Of a stretch of 64,000 nt of DNA, positions 1 to 13,752 are shown piece by piece. Under the pieces are notes generated by a model. That model was not told the origin of the DNA and made no database searches. It worked only from the letters and a program-made list of their open reading frames with translations. Source of the DNA: Felis catus. Taxonomy: Eukaryota. The translations under genes were made by a program, and so were the position numbers. The stretch covers positions 139,564,001-139,628,000 of the forward strand of contig NC_058368.1 in NCBI RefSeq assembly GCF_018350175.1, given 5' to 3'. Numbering within the stretch: position 1 is the first letter of the stretch; every line of letters starts with the position of its first letter.

Positions 1-170
1 CAGGTCATGATTTTGTGGTTCAAGAGTTCGAGTCCTCCATGGGGCTCTGTGCTGACAACTTGGAGCCCGGAGCCTGCTTCGGATTCTGTGTCTCCCTCTC
101 TCTCTGCCTCTCGCCTGCTCGTGCTCTGTCTCTCTCTCTCTCTCAAATATAAATAAACATTAAAAAAAAA
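1..170 (+). mobile_element. Carnivore SINE (SINEC_Fc-like), cut by the window edge
   Basis: caggtcatga...ttcgag B-box region, (CT)n, AATAAA/A tail. Confidence 0.9.
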
Positions 171-769
171 TCTCTGCTTAATTAAACTTTCTGCTCCTGA
201 TCCATGCCAACCTCCATTCTTTTTCTCACTTAGCTGAAATAGCCTTTCTTCAAACCATTTCCTTCCCTTGTTCAGAATGTACTGCATCCAAACTCCATGC
301 CCTACCTCTTTCTCACTGGACCCTCTGCATATTTCACTCAGAACACTGACTCTATTATCTGGAAAGGTTCTGTTTGTGTCTGTTTTCTTATTGAACTCTG
401 TACCTTGGATGCCTACCCCTTTGCCTAGCATAGAGACCCTTGTGTTGAGTATTTCTTGATCTTGGACAGGAGAGATAATCAATCATATTATCTGTCAAAG
501 TTAAGTGGCCAATTATCACTTGCAAGGTACTAGTTAAAACACTATCCCTAAAATTAAAAAAAAAAAAGAGTATGTAAGAGAGAGAAAACTGCCTGAGGTT
601 TGAAGATATAACTTTGAAAGCAGCTGAGAACAGTGAATGGGAAATAAATAAGTAAATAAAGATGATTTTTCGTTGAGATTATGAAATATTTTTTGCAATG
701 GAGTGTCAGAAGCTTAGGCAATCACAACATGTGCTAATACAAAGCAGTACATATTATGTTGGTGCAAAA

Positions 770-1010
770 GCTAGCACCGTGGAGTTGTTTAGAGCATCCA
801 CTTGGGAGCCAAATTTCAAACTTCGTATTCTAACTCCACCACTTCCAAGCTGCATTAACTTAGGCCAGGTGCTTAATCTTTCTGTTTCTGTAGCTTCATG
901 CCTCATGAAATGCAGATTCTACACACCTTTTTCATAGGACTGTTATGAGAATTAAAGGAGTTAATATCAATAAAGCACTTAGAAAAGTGTCTGGTACATA
1001 GAGTTATTTA
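770..1010 (+). mobile_element. MIR relic
   Basis: Degenerate MIR core and tail (...ttatgagaattaaa...aaagcacttagaaaagtgtctggtacatag). Confidence 0.65.
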
Positions 1011-1169
1011 AGTACTTATTCTTCTTCTTATTTTTGTTGTTGTTATAATTCTCTGACTTAATGCATGACCCATGACAATAAAAAGAGGGAAAAGGGAAGC
1101 TTGGAGGTCTAACACAGTTACATAGATAAATGCTAAGGGTAATATGGATTGAGATGGCAATTTGTATCA

Positions 1170-1445
1170 GGGCACCTGGGTGGCTCAGTCGGTTAAGTGT
1201 CTGACTCTCAATGTCAGTTTCAGGTCTTGATCTCAGGGTCTTGAGTTCAAGATCGCAATATGGGCCATCCATTACTTTAAAAGAGGCTCTTAAAATTATA
1301 CTTTAGTTTTTAATTTTTTTTTTTTTTAAGTAGGCTTCATGCCCAGCATGGAGCCCAACGTGGGGTTGAGCTCATGATCTTGAGATCAAGACCTGAGCAA
1401 AGATAGGAGTTGGACACTTAACCGACTGAGCCACCCAGGTGCCCC
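1170..1445. mobile_element. Two short carnivore SINEs in opposite orientation (+ 1170-~1270; - ~1315-1445)
   Basis: gggcacctgggtggctcagtcggttaag and its reverse complement ttaaccgactgagccacccaggtgcccc. Confidence 0.85.
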
Positions 1446-1917
1446 AAAATTATACTTTAATAAACTCCTCGCTCTGAGAGTATACCCACAAGAAAAGAAG
1501 GCACATAGATTCCCTTGACCCCATCTCCCACTTTCGCCTTCTCTCTTGTGTCCATGCCAAATTTTGTGATTTATCATTAAGTACAAATAACGAGTTAAGT
1601 GCAATAAAAGATTCTTTTGAAATACATTTTGGAACCCATATAGAAGTTGTTTTAAGTACATAAAACCAGACAATTAGCTTTTGTTTGCTTTTGAACCCAT
1701 ATATTCATTGGAATTCTCAATTAAGCAGAATTTGGGAACAAAACTTTCCAAATCTTGATCTAAAGCCTTTTGTGAAAACAGCTTCATAATCTTCCCTTGA
1801 TTTTATATTAGTAAGTATTTGTATTATCTGTAACTTTTAATTCTGACATATCTGACCTTTTAGGCTTCTAGGGACATTGAAAGTGTGAGTTTCTCAGCTA
1901 TCAGTACTTACAGATTT

Positions 1918-2074
1918 TCCTCCCTCCCTCCTTTCCTTCCTTCCTTTCATCCTTCTTTCCTTCCATCCTTCTTACCTTCCTTCCTTCACTCCTTCTCCTC
2001 CTTCTGCTTTTTCTTCTTCCTCTTCCACTTCTTCCTCTTTTTCTTCTTTTCTCCTTCTCCTTCTCCTTCCTTTT
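1918..2074. repeat. Polypyrimidine (CCTT/CTT)n simple repeat
   Basis: About 155 nt of nearly pure C/T. Confidence 0.95.
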
Positions 2075-3560
2075 GATAAGACTTAGAATATTTCAATCTT
2101 GTTTGATTCACTACAGTCTTCTTCACTGTGAAAACTGTTTCCTTCCACTATAATTAATTCAATAAATATTTAATAACCATCTATTCTGTGAAGGGATATA
2201 AGGTTCATAAAGGCAATCTCCATGTCCGTCATGTTTGTCACTGTGATTCAGATGCCAACTATGGCATGTTGCATATAATTGGCCACCCAAAAATATTTGG
2301 TAAAGAGATGTGAATAAAGGTCATATACTGAAGCCGTGGAGTGTAGAAGAACAAGCATAAGCTTTAGATGTGGGCTCCAATCCCATTTTTCCTAATTATT
2401 ATCTGTGGTCTACAGTAAGTTGCTTAACTTTTTTTTTTTTTTGTAAATGGAGATAATACCTATTTTACAAGGATTATGGAAACTTAGCAAGATGATAGTT
2501 TATTAAAGCTCCTACTGAGTGTATAGTATGTTCCAGGGACTGTGTTTTAAATATAGGACTTTAAAAATTCAGTGGATTATAATTCCTGTTTCTAAGAAAT
2601 TTCCACATAGTAAGACAAGTCACAGAATATTATGGAAATATGAGTGTTCAAAGTAGGGAGGAATGACATGTGCTTGAAGGTATCAGGAAAGGAGGTGGCA
2701 TATGAAATGGCCCTTAAACGATAGGATTTCAACAATTAAAATGGGTAGGTACATCCAGATTAAATAAAGAGAACATAAGCAGAGAGGTATAAAGCAACCG
2801 AGTGTGACCGAAAAAAGGCCAGTTACTCTTGACTGAAACGTAGGGTTGATACAGGTAAGTGGGGAGAGATACACAAGAAATGTGGGGTGGGACCATATTT
2901 GTGGTGTCAGGTTCTTTAATCCAGTAGACAATGAGCAACTCCAGGGGGGCAGTCCTATGGAATAACAGGATCGAAAGGTGCCTAAGAGTGGAGTTACACT
3001 ATTTCATCTAAGAGATAATAAAGGCCTGCAGCGAGAGGAGGGAGAGAGAATGCAGAAGACACAGTTGAGGCATATTTCAGAACTGACAGTGGTGTGTGAC
3101 CAGCGCTCCACACAGAAGCACTGTGCAGGGGCAGGGAGGGACCCCAGTGACTGGAGCTATTTACACAGATGGGTAAATCGCAGGAAGGTGCTGTTTTTAG
3201 ATTTCCAATATGGGTCAGCTTGAGGTTTGGGCTGCATCTCGCTGCCACCTTCTCTTTTTTCAGCCTCATCTCCACTTCTTCCATCTCTCTATCCACTAAG
3301 TAATTGGGCTTTCTATCCTCAACCTGACCCTGCGTTTATTGTCACCCTCCAATTCTGCTTCTCACTGGTGTTTCCTATAATACTCTCACAGCCGGGATGG
3401 CAACAGGTCAGGTCCTGGCCCGTAGGACACTCCACCCGCCAGATCCCCTATCGCCTTGGCCTGAGCACCTACCATGCTTGCGCCCCCAGGGCTCTTGGGC
3501 CAATAGGCAGGCCCTAGTTCTGGGACTCGACTAGCTATTGGTTGGCCGAGCCATGGTGAG

Positions 3561-3575
3561 AGATGGTGCGGTGCC
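3561..3575 (+). promoter_or_regulatory. Sterol regulatory element (GTGCGGTG core 3566-3573), SREBP site
   Basis: AGATGGTGCGGTGCC matches the known HMGCR promoter SRE, about 170 bp upstream of the TSS. Confidence 0.85.
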
Positions 3576-3625
3576 TGTTGTCCGCAGCAGTGAGAGCTGT
3601 GGGAGGTTGTTAAGGCGACCGTTCG

Positions 3626-3633
3626 TGACGTAG
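3626..3633 (+). promoter_or_regulatory. CRE-like site TGACGTAG (CREB/ATF)
   Basis: Motif lies between the SRE and the proximal CCAAT boxes, as in mammalian HMGCR promoters. Confidence 0.8.
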
Positions 3634-3738
3634 CGCCGTGAGGCCCAGCAGCCCCCAGATGATTGGCTAGACGATCGGACGATCCTCTCTCATTGGTCGC
3701 AGGCTCAGCCGGCTCCGAGTGTGCGTAAGCCGAAGGTT

Positions 3739-3819
3739 CCTTCCGCTTCGCGTCTCCTTTGACTGGAGACAGACGGAGCGCCGGCGCCCCGGTTCGGTGA
3801 CCTCTAGTGAAATCGGGAG
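3739..3819 (+). other. HMGCR: HMGCR exon 1 (non-coding); 5' end approximate
   Basis: CCTTCCGC...CTCTAGTGAAATCGGGAG followed by the donor gtgagg; resembles human exon 1. Confidence 0.85.
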
Positions 3820-4534
3820 GTGAGGCGAGCTGTAGCCCCGAAGTGGGGCGGGGGCGGCGGGGAAGCGGGATTAGGGCTGTGTTGATGGTGGTTCTCGGGC
3901 TCCGCCTGGCCCTGGAAAGGGGCAACCGGCAGCCCCTGAGGACCTGGCGGGAGCTGCAGTGGCGCCTTTGCGGGTGCGGGGGGGCCTGGTCCTTGGGAGG
4001 TGTAAGGAGACGTCCTTGAGGCGCGGCTGAGCGGCGGCCGCACCGATGCCAGGGAGGATCTGGGGCCCGGCTGGGCCTGAGGGGCGGGCGGCGGGCTGGC
4101 TTCTTCGTGGCTGCCGTCACCATCGGTGATCTGGCGGGGCGTAGCCGCGTTTTCTAGCCTAGTCCGAAGTAGTCGGTGTGGGCTACGCAGTCACTATCAT
4201 CCGGGCGGAAAGGGTGCCCGGTCGGGTGACCCCGGAAGCCCCTCGATCCAAGAAATGCTGGGAGTGTGTGTCATGTGTCCCGCCGGCAGCTCGCGGAGAG
4301 GCCTCGAGAAGGACTATCTGGTGCAGGCGTTCACGCCCAGGCGCTGCTGTTCGTCAGCACCTTTCTTTAAAGTGCTGGGAAAGATTTCTGTAAATGCTGC
4401 TGACTAACACAGAGCCATGGAAGAACCATGCATCTGTAGAGATGTGTCTGGTCATTTACAGGAGCCACGAGTTGAGACAATACGGAGCCCAATGTAGGGA
4501 TTTGCCCAAGGACTTAAAGGATTCCTCCTCCTTC

Positions 4535-4734
4535 TTTTTAAAGTTTATTTTGAAGGAGAGAGAGTGCGAGTGGGGTAGGGGCAGAGGGAGAGAGAGAGCG
4601 GGGAGAGAGAATCCCAGTCTCTGCCCTGTCAGCGCAGAGCCCGATGTGGGTCTGGAATTAACGAACCGTGAGATCATGACCTGAGCGGAAACCAAGGGTT
4701 GGAAGCTTAACCGACTCAGCCACCCAGGCGCCCC
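4535..4734 (-). mobile_element. Carnivore SINE in HMGCR intron 1
   Basis: Full reverse-strand SINE with aaggattc flanking duplication. Confidence 0.92.
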
Positions 4735-5640
4735 AAGGATTCTTCTTTTTCTATTCACCTCCCCCCTCTCTTCTCCCTCCTCATTTTTCTTTTTCGTAAG
4801 GGGCTTGAGCCTCCTTGGTGCTCATGTAATTGAGTCCAAACCTTGTAGATTTTCTGGAATTATTTGGTTTGGATTAGGAATATAGGTTTCAATATAGAAT
4901 AGGCAATTTCTGCGGTGAGAGACGGCTGATGTACTCCATCTTAAATGGTCATTTGAAATACTTCATGGCTTGGTTGAGGACATGCCACCTTGGACTTCGT
5001 CGTGAAAAGTTATACGAAACATTTTTTTTCTGGGCCGTACTAAGTAATCATGCATAATTTCAGCATCTCAATATGGAGGATGTATTTTTTTGCGTGTGAG
5101 TATATTTTACTTTTCATGCAGTGAAAGTCGTTTTCTGATTTAGAGGTAATCTAGCAAAAGCCTGTAGTGTACTTTGGGATCGACTGTTTTTTGAGGTCCC
5201 GCTTTGTTGTGTTTTTCTAGGATTTGTGATGAACTTGGCAGTAAGTACAAATGGAATTTAGTAACATGAAGGTTAAGAAACTGTGCAAAGATTAATCATT
5301 AATATATGAAAACTTGGGTGTGGCGTGAGCATTTCATGATGGAGTGTGTATGTGTGTGCACACCCTCTTTTTGTTCTTGTATGATCTCCTTTTTAAACCG
5401 TGGATGGATAACTACATGTGTATCAGTATCTATTTAGGTTTGACCCATATAAAATTGTAGATATTTGAAATTTGACTTTTTTTTAAACCTACACAAGCAG
5501 CAGTTTCAGATGGCTCCACATAATACTTGTGTTTGTTAAACAACTTTGGAGCTCTAGCTTAGTAACTGAATAGAGATGTGACTCATAAAAGCATGTAAGA
5601 GAGTTGAATGTAGAATCCTGGTTTCCTGATTTCCAGTACT

Positions 5641-5762
5641 ACATATATATAGTATATATATACTACATATATACATATACATATATGTATGTATGTATAT
5701 GTATATATGTATATGTATATATATGTATATGTATGTATATGTATGTATATATTTATTTATTT
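5641..5762. repeat. (TA)/(TATG)n microsatellite
   Basis: Seen directly. Confidence 0.95.
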
Positions 5763-8699
5763 ACTAGAATACTAGTTTGAGCCGCAGAATGCTAAATCCT
5801 TTTGGAACTAAAAATGACTCAGTATAAGACATGGTTCTTGCCTTCAAAGAGTCAGAATGTACGCAGCAGTTACTTTGAGAGCCGTGTAAGATGGTGTATA
5901 ATCAGATGCTGGAATGTGTGGCACAGGAGGAGTGTAGGGTGGGAGGAAAGAATTAGAGTCAGAGGCCAAAGCATCCTTTTCTGCCGTTGGCCGTGGTAGG
6001 TGGTTTCTTTGGTGCATTGGATTGGAGTTTGATGATTCCATTGAATTTAAATGATCTCTTCTTTTGAAGAATCTGTGAAATGTTTGGGGAATACTTCATT
6101 GTGCATAGGCAAGGTATACATTGCCTATTTAACTGTTTTTTTTGTTTTTTTTTTTTTTTAAGTAAAACTTACTTTTGTTGCTGCATGGCCTATATAGTGT
6201 CCATTGAATTCTCATGGGCTGTCCTGTAGCCTGCTTATGACACTTGGAACTGCTGATGAAGGTGGCATTTAACTACTTTGCATAATCACCAGGAAATGGG
6301 GAGGATGCCCGTGAGAAATGAGGTGGTGTATAATTATATGGTTACTTTTGACACACCTTGTACATTTGATTACTGAGTTTGTATTTCCAAATAGGTGAGA
6401 TTCTCTGTTTGGGGCTGGTTCACAGGATCATGTGTAATTTTTTCCCTGAATGTTGCAAAGATGACTTTACCTAGGAAAGAAATGTCCCAGTATTGAAAAT
6501 GCTACCATGAAATCTTTTTAAGGGACAACATGATGTACCTAATATATAATTGTGGGTTAATGATGCTAAACCAATTTGTGATCGAATTGGGGTGGTTTTC
6601 TGCTAGCAGCTCAGATTTTAATTCAACAGAATTAACTTTTTAATAGTGAAGGATACATTGACTTAATACGGAATAATGTAAGTTGAGAGTGTTTTGGCGG
6701 GGAGAGAGTGTTGGAAATTATTTTGACGTAGTGTTGAAATGTATTTTTAGTTGATTCATTTTCTGGAACATTGATGCTTGTTGATCCTTTAGACCAGCTT
6801 GCAGAGTTTTTGTTTTTTGCTAGAAGGATGTTATGTGATAGAAAACTGTCCTGAAAATCTAGGCTCTTAGAAGCCTTTTGGTGTAATGAAGTAGGATGCA
6901 AATCTATGATTATTACTCTCCAGTGCTTTAAGTCCAAGTCCCTGCTCATTTAATAGAAACTCTTTTTGTTATTGTTCATTTTCAAAAGCAGTGTATAGAC
7001 TATAGCTTCTCTTCCCTACTCCATTCCGCTTTCATATGTTTCCAGAATTCTCTGCTTCAGCCCTTAACTGGAGTGGCGGGGTGGGAGGGGGAGGGCTAGC
7101 AGGTGGGCAGTTATATCTGTACCTTGTTGACTTATATTCATTTTTAGGTCTATTTCAAGATGTGTCAATAAAATGCATGCTACTCTAGTTTATGAGTTTA
7201 TTTTCAATTAAGCAGGTATTTATTGAGCAACCGCTGTATGTGGATGCAAGGTGCTGGAGGATAAAATGCGGAACAAGACTCAGGGAGGAAGTTTGAAAAA
7301 GCATGAATAAACGCAGGCAGATGCATGCCGCATTTGTAGATCTTAGTGACTGCCAGCCTTTTAAAATTGAGACCCCCAGGAAGACATGGGAAGCCACTAC
7401 ACACACTCCTATATGTATAGTTTCAGGAACCCTAAACTTTTAAGAGATAATACCTAACCCATGCTACATGTTTACCTACAGCTGTTTTTTCTATTTTATT
7501 AAAAAATGTTCTGATTTGCAAAACTGATTTCATGATTTAATTGATCCAATGAAAGGTGGTTGCCTGCAGTCAGAAAGCCAGCTGCCCAGCTGGTGGCTGG
7601 AGCAGCTGAAATGGAGAGAATATAGAGTGACACAGTGGGAGATGACATTCAGTAATTACTTTGGTTCCTGAAAACTACTCTTATTTTCTGTCCCTTAGTC
7701 CTTAAGGTAGCGTATTTAACTTTCTTCTTCTTCATTTGTTGCCATTTAATTTACTGTCTTCAATAAATGAGTCATTTTCTTAGCTGTTACTGTAAACATG
7801 AGATTCCTTTGAATTCTTGCTAGTGTGTCAACCAGTAGCCTTACTTTAAAAATCTTAATTTGAAATAGATTTTTATGGGTAATGAAATACGCTTTATTGT
7901 AAGCATTAATTTTAGTCTAAGACGTTTTACAAGTTCCTGTATTGGAGACCAGTGACTATCAGATTTTTTAAAAATCACAGTATCGGAATGAACAGAGTTG
8001 GCCAGCAAGCATGGGGAAGTTTAGTCATGGTATTCGTTAGATCAGAATTACCTGTATCTTCTATTGGGAATTTTTGAATGTTACAGACATCTACTTTGGC
8101 CAGCCATCCTCTTCTTCTGTTACTGTTCTAGCATTTTATTAGCTGTAAAAATGGAAAAAGACTTTTTCTGGTGACAGCAACAGTAGGAAGTTTTATTAAA
8201 CATCATTTTGCCACTAACAGTATGCCATGTTTTGAATGGAATGGAAGACTGTAATGGTTCTCTGCCTTCGAGGACAGGCAACAAGTAGATTGGTATTTGC
8301 CTTTTGTGTAATTGGAATACGGAGAATGAAGAGGGTGCTAATGCGCATTTTATGTCAGGGAAATTAGAAAACGAATGTGAACAGTTGTTTTTTACTTTTT
8401 TTTTTCTGTCTCATTGCTCTCCTCCTTAGCTCAGATAATATTGTGGCCTGAGATATTTATTTGGTTTCCTCATAAAAGCTTGAATTCTACAAATTGTAAG
8501 AAATAGCTGTTTTTAAGTTGGTTGCTAATAGAAGAATATTTAAGTGTTATGAGTAAAAAAGTAATATCAAAGTCCTCATTTTAATTTTATAATTATTTTC
8601 CAGCATTAATAAGGAACACTATCAAATAGTATTACTCATATGTATAAGACAGTGTGCCTACAAAAGCAGAGTTTACAATGCAGAATCTTCTTTTCCTAA

Positions 8700-8999
<300 letters not shown>

Positions 9000-9408
9000 T
9001 AAGAGATCATATAATCAAAAAAGTTCCAAGTAAAATTTTTATCTTAGTGTTCATGAACTTATCTCAAATTTCCATTTACTTACAGTGTTTGGAAACACAC
9101 TGGAAATAACCTTTCTTCATGCCTTTTCTGCATAAGATGAGTGTAATTGACTTTACTTGAGAAAATAATAGCTTAAAGTGATTAACGGAGAAAAATGATG
9201 GGCTTTAAACAGTGGATTGTTGAAAAACTGTATTTAATTTTTGATATACATATTTAATATTTTTTATTTGACTTGTATTGTGCCTGTATTTATATTATTG
9301 TGACAAATATATAAACTAATGATGCATACAAAATAAAAATTCTTACATATCGTTGCTTGTTTTAAAAAGTAAAACTGTTGGGATTTTTTTCCTTGTGTCT
9401 TCCAACAG

Positions 9409-9520
9409 GATGTTTTAAGCAGTGACATCATAATTCTGACGATAACACGATGCATAGCGATCCTGTATATTTACTTCCAGTTCCAGAATTTACGTCAACT
9501 TGGATCAAAATATATTTTGG
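9409..9520 (+). CDS. HMGCR: HMGCR exon 3 (Insig-binding YIYF, K89)
   Basis: caacag/gtaatc; 112 nt; [37 protein letters not shown]. Confidence 0.98.
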
Positions 9521-9711
9521 GTAATCATTTTATACATTCAACTTCTTTGTGCTATCAAATTGTTGTTTTGCTATAGAAATACATATTTTTGTTCAAATCC
9601 TGTATATGGAAACCTGTATATTGCTTAAAGTGCTGCCGCATAAATTCAGTGGTTTCCTTATTGGGAATAAATATTCTGATAGTTGAGATCTTAATAATCT
9701 GGAGAATATAA

Positions 9712-9885
<174 letters not shown>

Positions 9886-10592
9886 TAAGTATTTAAAGCA
9901 TAAATATACTTTTTTTTCCAAGAAACAATGTTAACAATTTTTCTTCTCCAAGTTATAAAGTATTATATACATTTTCAAAAATTTATAGAAAATATGGGGA
10001 AAATTTTCATGTAGTCATTTAGCTAATGATAACACCTTTTGGTATTTATCCTTTCCTACCTGTTTTTACACTTAAACAAAAATTCTGAGATCACACTGTA
10101 TATATTGCTTTGTAACTTCTTTATGCCTAATGATAGTTTATCAACATCTTTGCTTGCCCTTAGTGCTAAACTAAATTATTTCTGAGGAGTTTCTCGTATC
10201 CCTCTATGTGAATATATTGTAGGTCATTTACTAAACCCTCTAGGATTCGATTCTTAATTTATTTAATTTCCTCTATTAATAACACTATGGTGAATGTCTT
10301 TGTGGATAAATTTGTGTTCATATTTATTTTCAGAATATATTCCTAGGTGTGAGACAGTGGCTGTGTAAATTTTTAGGGCTTTTGAGTGCTGTTATTGCCA
10401 ACTTTCTCTCCAGAAAGCTTGTTAAGTTTATCCTCCCACAAGTAGTGACCAAGTAAAAGAAATTACATGCATTTCACTTCTTTTCCCCCTGTGAATTCAA
10501 GAAAACATTTTTTACCTAGGATGTTATTTTGCTGTAAAATTATCAAAAGGTGTTTCTATGAAAATATATTGACATTTTTAACTTTACAAATA

Positions 10593-10792
10593 GTTTTTAA
10601 TTTTGTTTGTTTATTTATTTTGAGAGAGATGGGGGGTGGGGAGACAGAGAGAGAAGGAGAGAGAATCCCAAGCAGACTATGTGCTGTCAGCACAGAGCCT
10701 GATGTGAGGTTTGATCCCACAAACTGAGAGATCATGACCTGAGCAGAAAGCAAGACTTGGATGCTTAACCAAATGAGCCACCCAGGCACCTC
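10593..10792 (-). mobile_element. Carnivore SINE in HMGCR intron 4
   Basis: TSD ttacaaatagtttt. Confidence 0.92.
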
Positions 10793-11003
10793 AACGTTAC
10801 AAATAGTTTTAACAAATATTTTTGAGCAGTGAGTATGTTTAGCTTTGAGGATGTCACAGGGGAGTGAGTATAAGGTATACCTTATGGACTACAAAAAGGT
10901 ACCTATACTAAAGAATCATACAGTGTATGGGGCAGGGGTTTTGTCTTAGAAAGCATTTTTAAGCTACGTTTTTTCATCTGATGAATGTTCCTGATCATCT
11001 TGA

Positions 11004-11162
<159 letters not shown>

Positions 11163-11977
11163 TAGGGCAGATTAATAGCTTCTTCACAGTTGAAGATTCA
11201 CGAATTGCCCACAGTTTTAATTGTCAGGTCTTAAGACTGGTCTTTTTGGGTACCTAATAACTCAGTTATAATTGCATAGCTTCTGGAATTTGGGATCTCC
11301 ATTTTCCTATTTGAAGATTTCAGAAATTAAGGTAATAAGACTTTTGGATAAGTAAGAGTGTTCCCCAGTGAAACCTATCAGAGAATAGGACAGGATGTAA
11401 TAGAAGAGAGTCTGAGGGTAGATTGATTTCTAAAATTTTGGCATTACCACTTGCATTTTTTTCCATCTAAAGTTTTATCTTGGTGTTCATTAGTCACTGT
11501 AAAGAACCTAACATTTTCAGTAATCTTGCATCAGAGTATCTGAGTATAAAGTAGCTTGCCATTCTGCCTTGACTATGTATTTGATAACTGTCTCGAATAC
11601 TTGAACATGTTGACAAGAGTATGATTTAGGTTTCATAGTATTAAGGTCTTAAAAAATTTGCAATTAAGAACTGTCAATTGTAACCAATATAAAATGTTGT
11701 AGTGTTTCATTATGTGGTATTTAGATGGCAGGATTGACGCACCACCTCAAAGGAATCCTCCCAAGAAGTATCTCACTCGGTGGAAAGGGAAAGCAGGGAG
11801 CTGGATATGACTTTTTTTAATCCTTTGCACCTGCAATGCCTGTTAGTGGTATTATATTGTCTATTTTACTCTTTGTATAGCACATTCGCTTTTAACAGAG
11901 GCCTTAGGATGCTCTCTGACTTTTTCCAAAGTTATTTTGAACCTTACCCTCATTGATATGTACGGTCTGTGTTTTAG

Positions 11978-12088
<111 letters not shown>

Positions 12089-12167
12089 TAAGAGATTTTT
12101 AATGTTTTTTAAACTAAGTTTGTAGATGAAGGGAAAAAAGAACGTCTGAGATTACATTGGTTATTCT

Positions 12168-12396
12168 TTTTTCTTAAAAAATTTTTTTTTGATGTTTATT
12201 TTGAGAGAGAGACAGAGAGAGAAAGTGTGTGCATGCAAGTAGCGGAGGGTTAGAGAGAAGGGAGAGAGAATCCCAAGCAGGCTCTGAGTTGTCAGTGCAG
12301 AGCTCAACTTGGTGCTTGATCCCATGAACCATGAGATCATGACCTGAGCTGAATCCAAGAGTCGGAACTTAACTGACTGAGCCAGCCAGGTATCCC
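12168..12396 (-). mobile_element. Carnivore SINE in HMGCR intron 6
   Basis: TSD cattggttattctt. Confidence 0.92.
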
Positions 12397-13340
12397 TGCA
12401 TTGGTTATTCTTAAGTTCTGACTTTTAAAAGTGTAACATTATTCTTAAAAGGTTTTAACTGAATGAATGTGTGGATTTATCTGACCTTAATGTCTGACTG
12501 CTTTTGTGAAAACTTAGTAGCAGGTTAGTGATACTTAGTTTTCACGTTTGCTACCTTCTGTTTCTGTACTCCACCCTTTTGCTGATTTTGTGGTGTTTAT
12601 TTTTTTGCTTAGTTTTTAACTAAGATTGTATTCTACGCTTCATCTTAGCCAAAAGGCCGAGAAGCAATAACCAGGATTGTATTCTAAGGCTCATCTGGGG
12701 CACCTTCCAGTGTACCTGCCCAGGCTAAGTTAGTGATTTGGTTCCTTGTGGGTTTTGTTTTTGTTGGTTTTTTGTTTTTTGTTTTTTTGGTTCTTTGTGT
12801 TTTTATTGTCCTGTAGGAGACAGTGGAAGCGTCAGAAGTGGGCCAGATGTAAGTTAGGTCCACCTAATAGGCTGGTTGGCAAGATTTAATCAGATGGTAT
12901 GCAGTACATCTTACCGAGTACCTAGCATTGATCTCAACACGTTTCTTAATCCTTAATTAGATAGTAGAGAATTAGATGTTAAATATCAAACACAGGACGG
13001 AAGTTGTGGCCTGGCCTGGCCTGGAAATTTGCCAGAGTGAATATATCATGCTGTTGTTGTGAAGATTTCCTAATCATTAAAACTAGACTTTATGGCTTCC
13101 TCAGGGAGCTACTCTTAGTAATGACAATTGCAGCCTATTTCCTGGTGCCTGAGTGCCCTGGATAAGGGGCTTCATTCTTCACAGATAAATTATCTAGCTT
13201 TTATGAACGCAGTTGGTTGTCGTTACTTTTTTAGTCGAGGGCTCATCACTTGGTAGTATGTTAATACATGTTTCTTCTTTCTGAGGGTGAATTTATTATT
13301 TATTGTTTTTTAATCTGTCATTCAACATTTAGCAAGGAAG

Positions 13341-13752
13341 GTATTTTTAAAAAATGTTTTTTATTTGTTTAAAAAAAATGTTTTTAATGTTTATTTTTAT
13401 TTTTGAGAGAGAGAGACAGAGTGTGTGAGTGGGGGAGAGGCAGAGAGAGAGAGGGAGACACAGAACCCGAAGTGGGCTTCAGGTTCTGAGCTGTCAGCAC
13501 AGAGCCCAATGCGGGGCCTGAACCCACAAGCCATGAGATCAACATCCGACTCTGGCTCAGGTCATGATCTCGCACCTTGTGGGTTTAGGCCCTGCGTTGG
13601 GCTCTGAGCTGACAGCTCAGAGCCGGGAGCCTTCTTTGGATTCTGTGTCTCCATCTCTCTGCTTCTCCTCTGCTCACACTCTGTCTCTCTCTAAAATAAA
13701 TAAACAATAAAAACATCTTTTTAAAATAAAACAAAAAAGTACTTAAAAATAC
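13341..13752. repeat. Inverted repeat of two head-to-head, 5'-truncated SINE arms with a 23-nt spacer
   Basis: Left arm 13341-13541 is approximately the reverse complement of right arm 13565-13752. Confidence 0.85.

Larger units (their letters stand above)
3500..3696. promoter_or_regulatory. NF-Y CCAAT boxes: CCAAT 3500-3504; ATTGG 3537-3541, 3662-3666, 3692-3696
   Basis: Four CCAAT/ATTGG motifs cluster around the SRE and CRE, a typical SREBP co-regulator layout. Confidence 0.75.
3380..4350. promoter_or_regulatory. HMGCR: CpG island / TATA-less HMGCR promoter and start of intron 1
   Basis: Abrupt GC- and CpG-rich block in an AT-rich background, surrounding exon 1. Confidence 0.93.

Noticed and set aside
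3386..4123. 245-aa antisense ORF over the HMGCR promoter
   Set aside because: It lies in a GC-rich CpG island where stops are scarce. The sequence is Pro/Arg/Ala-rich with no recognisable domain.
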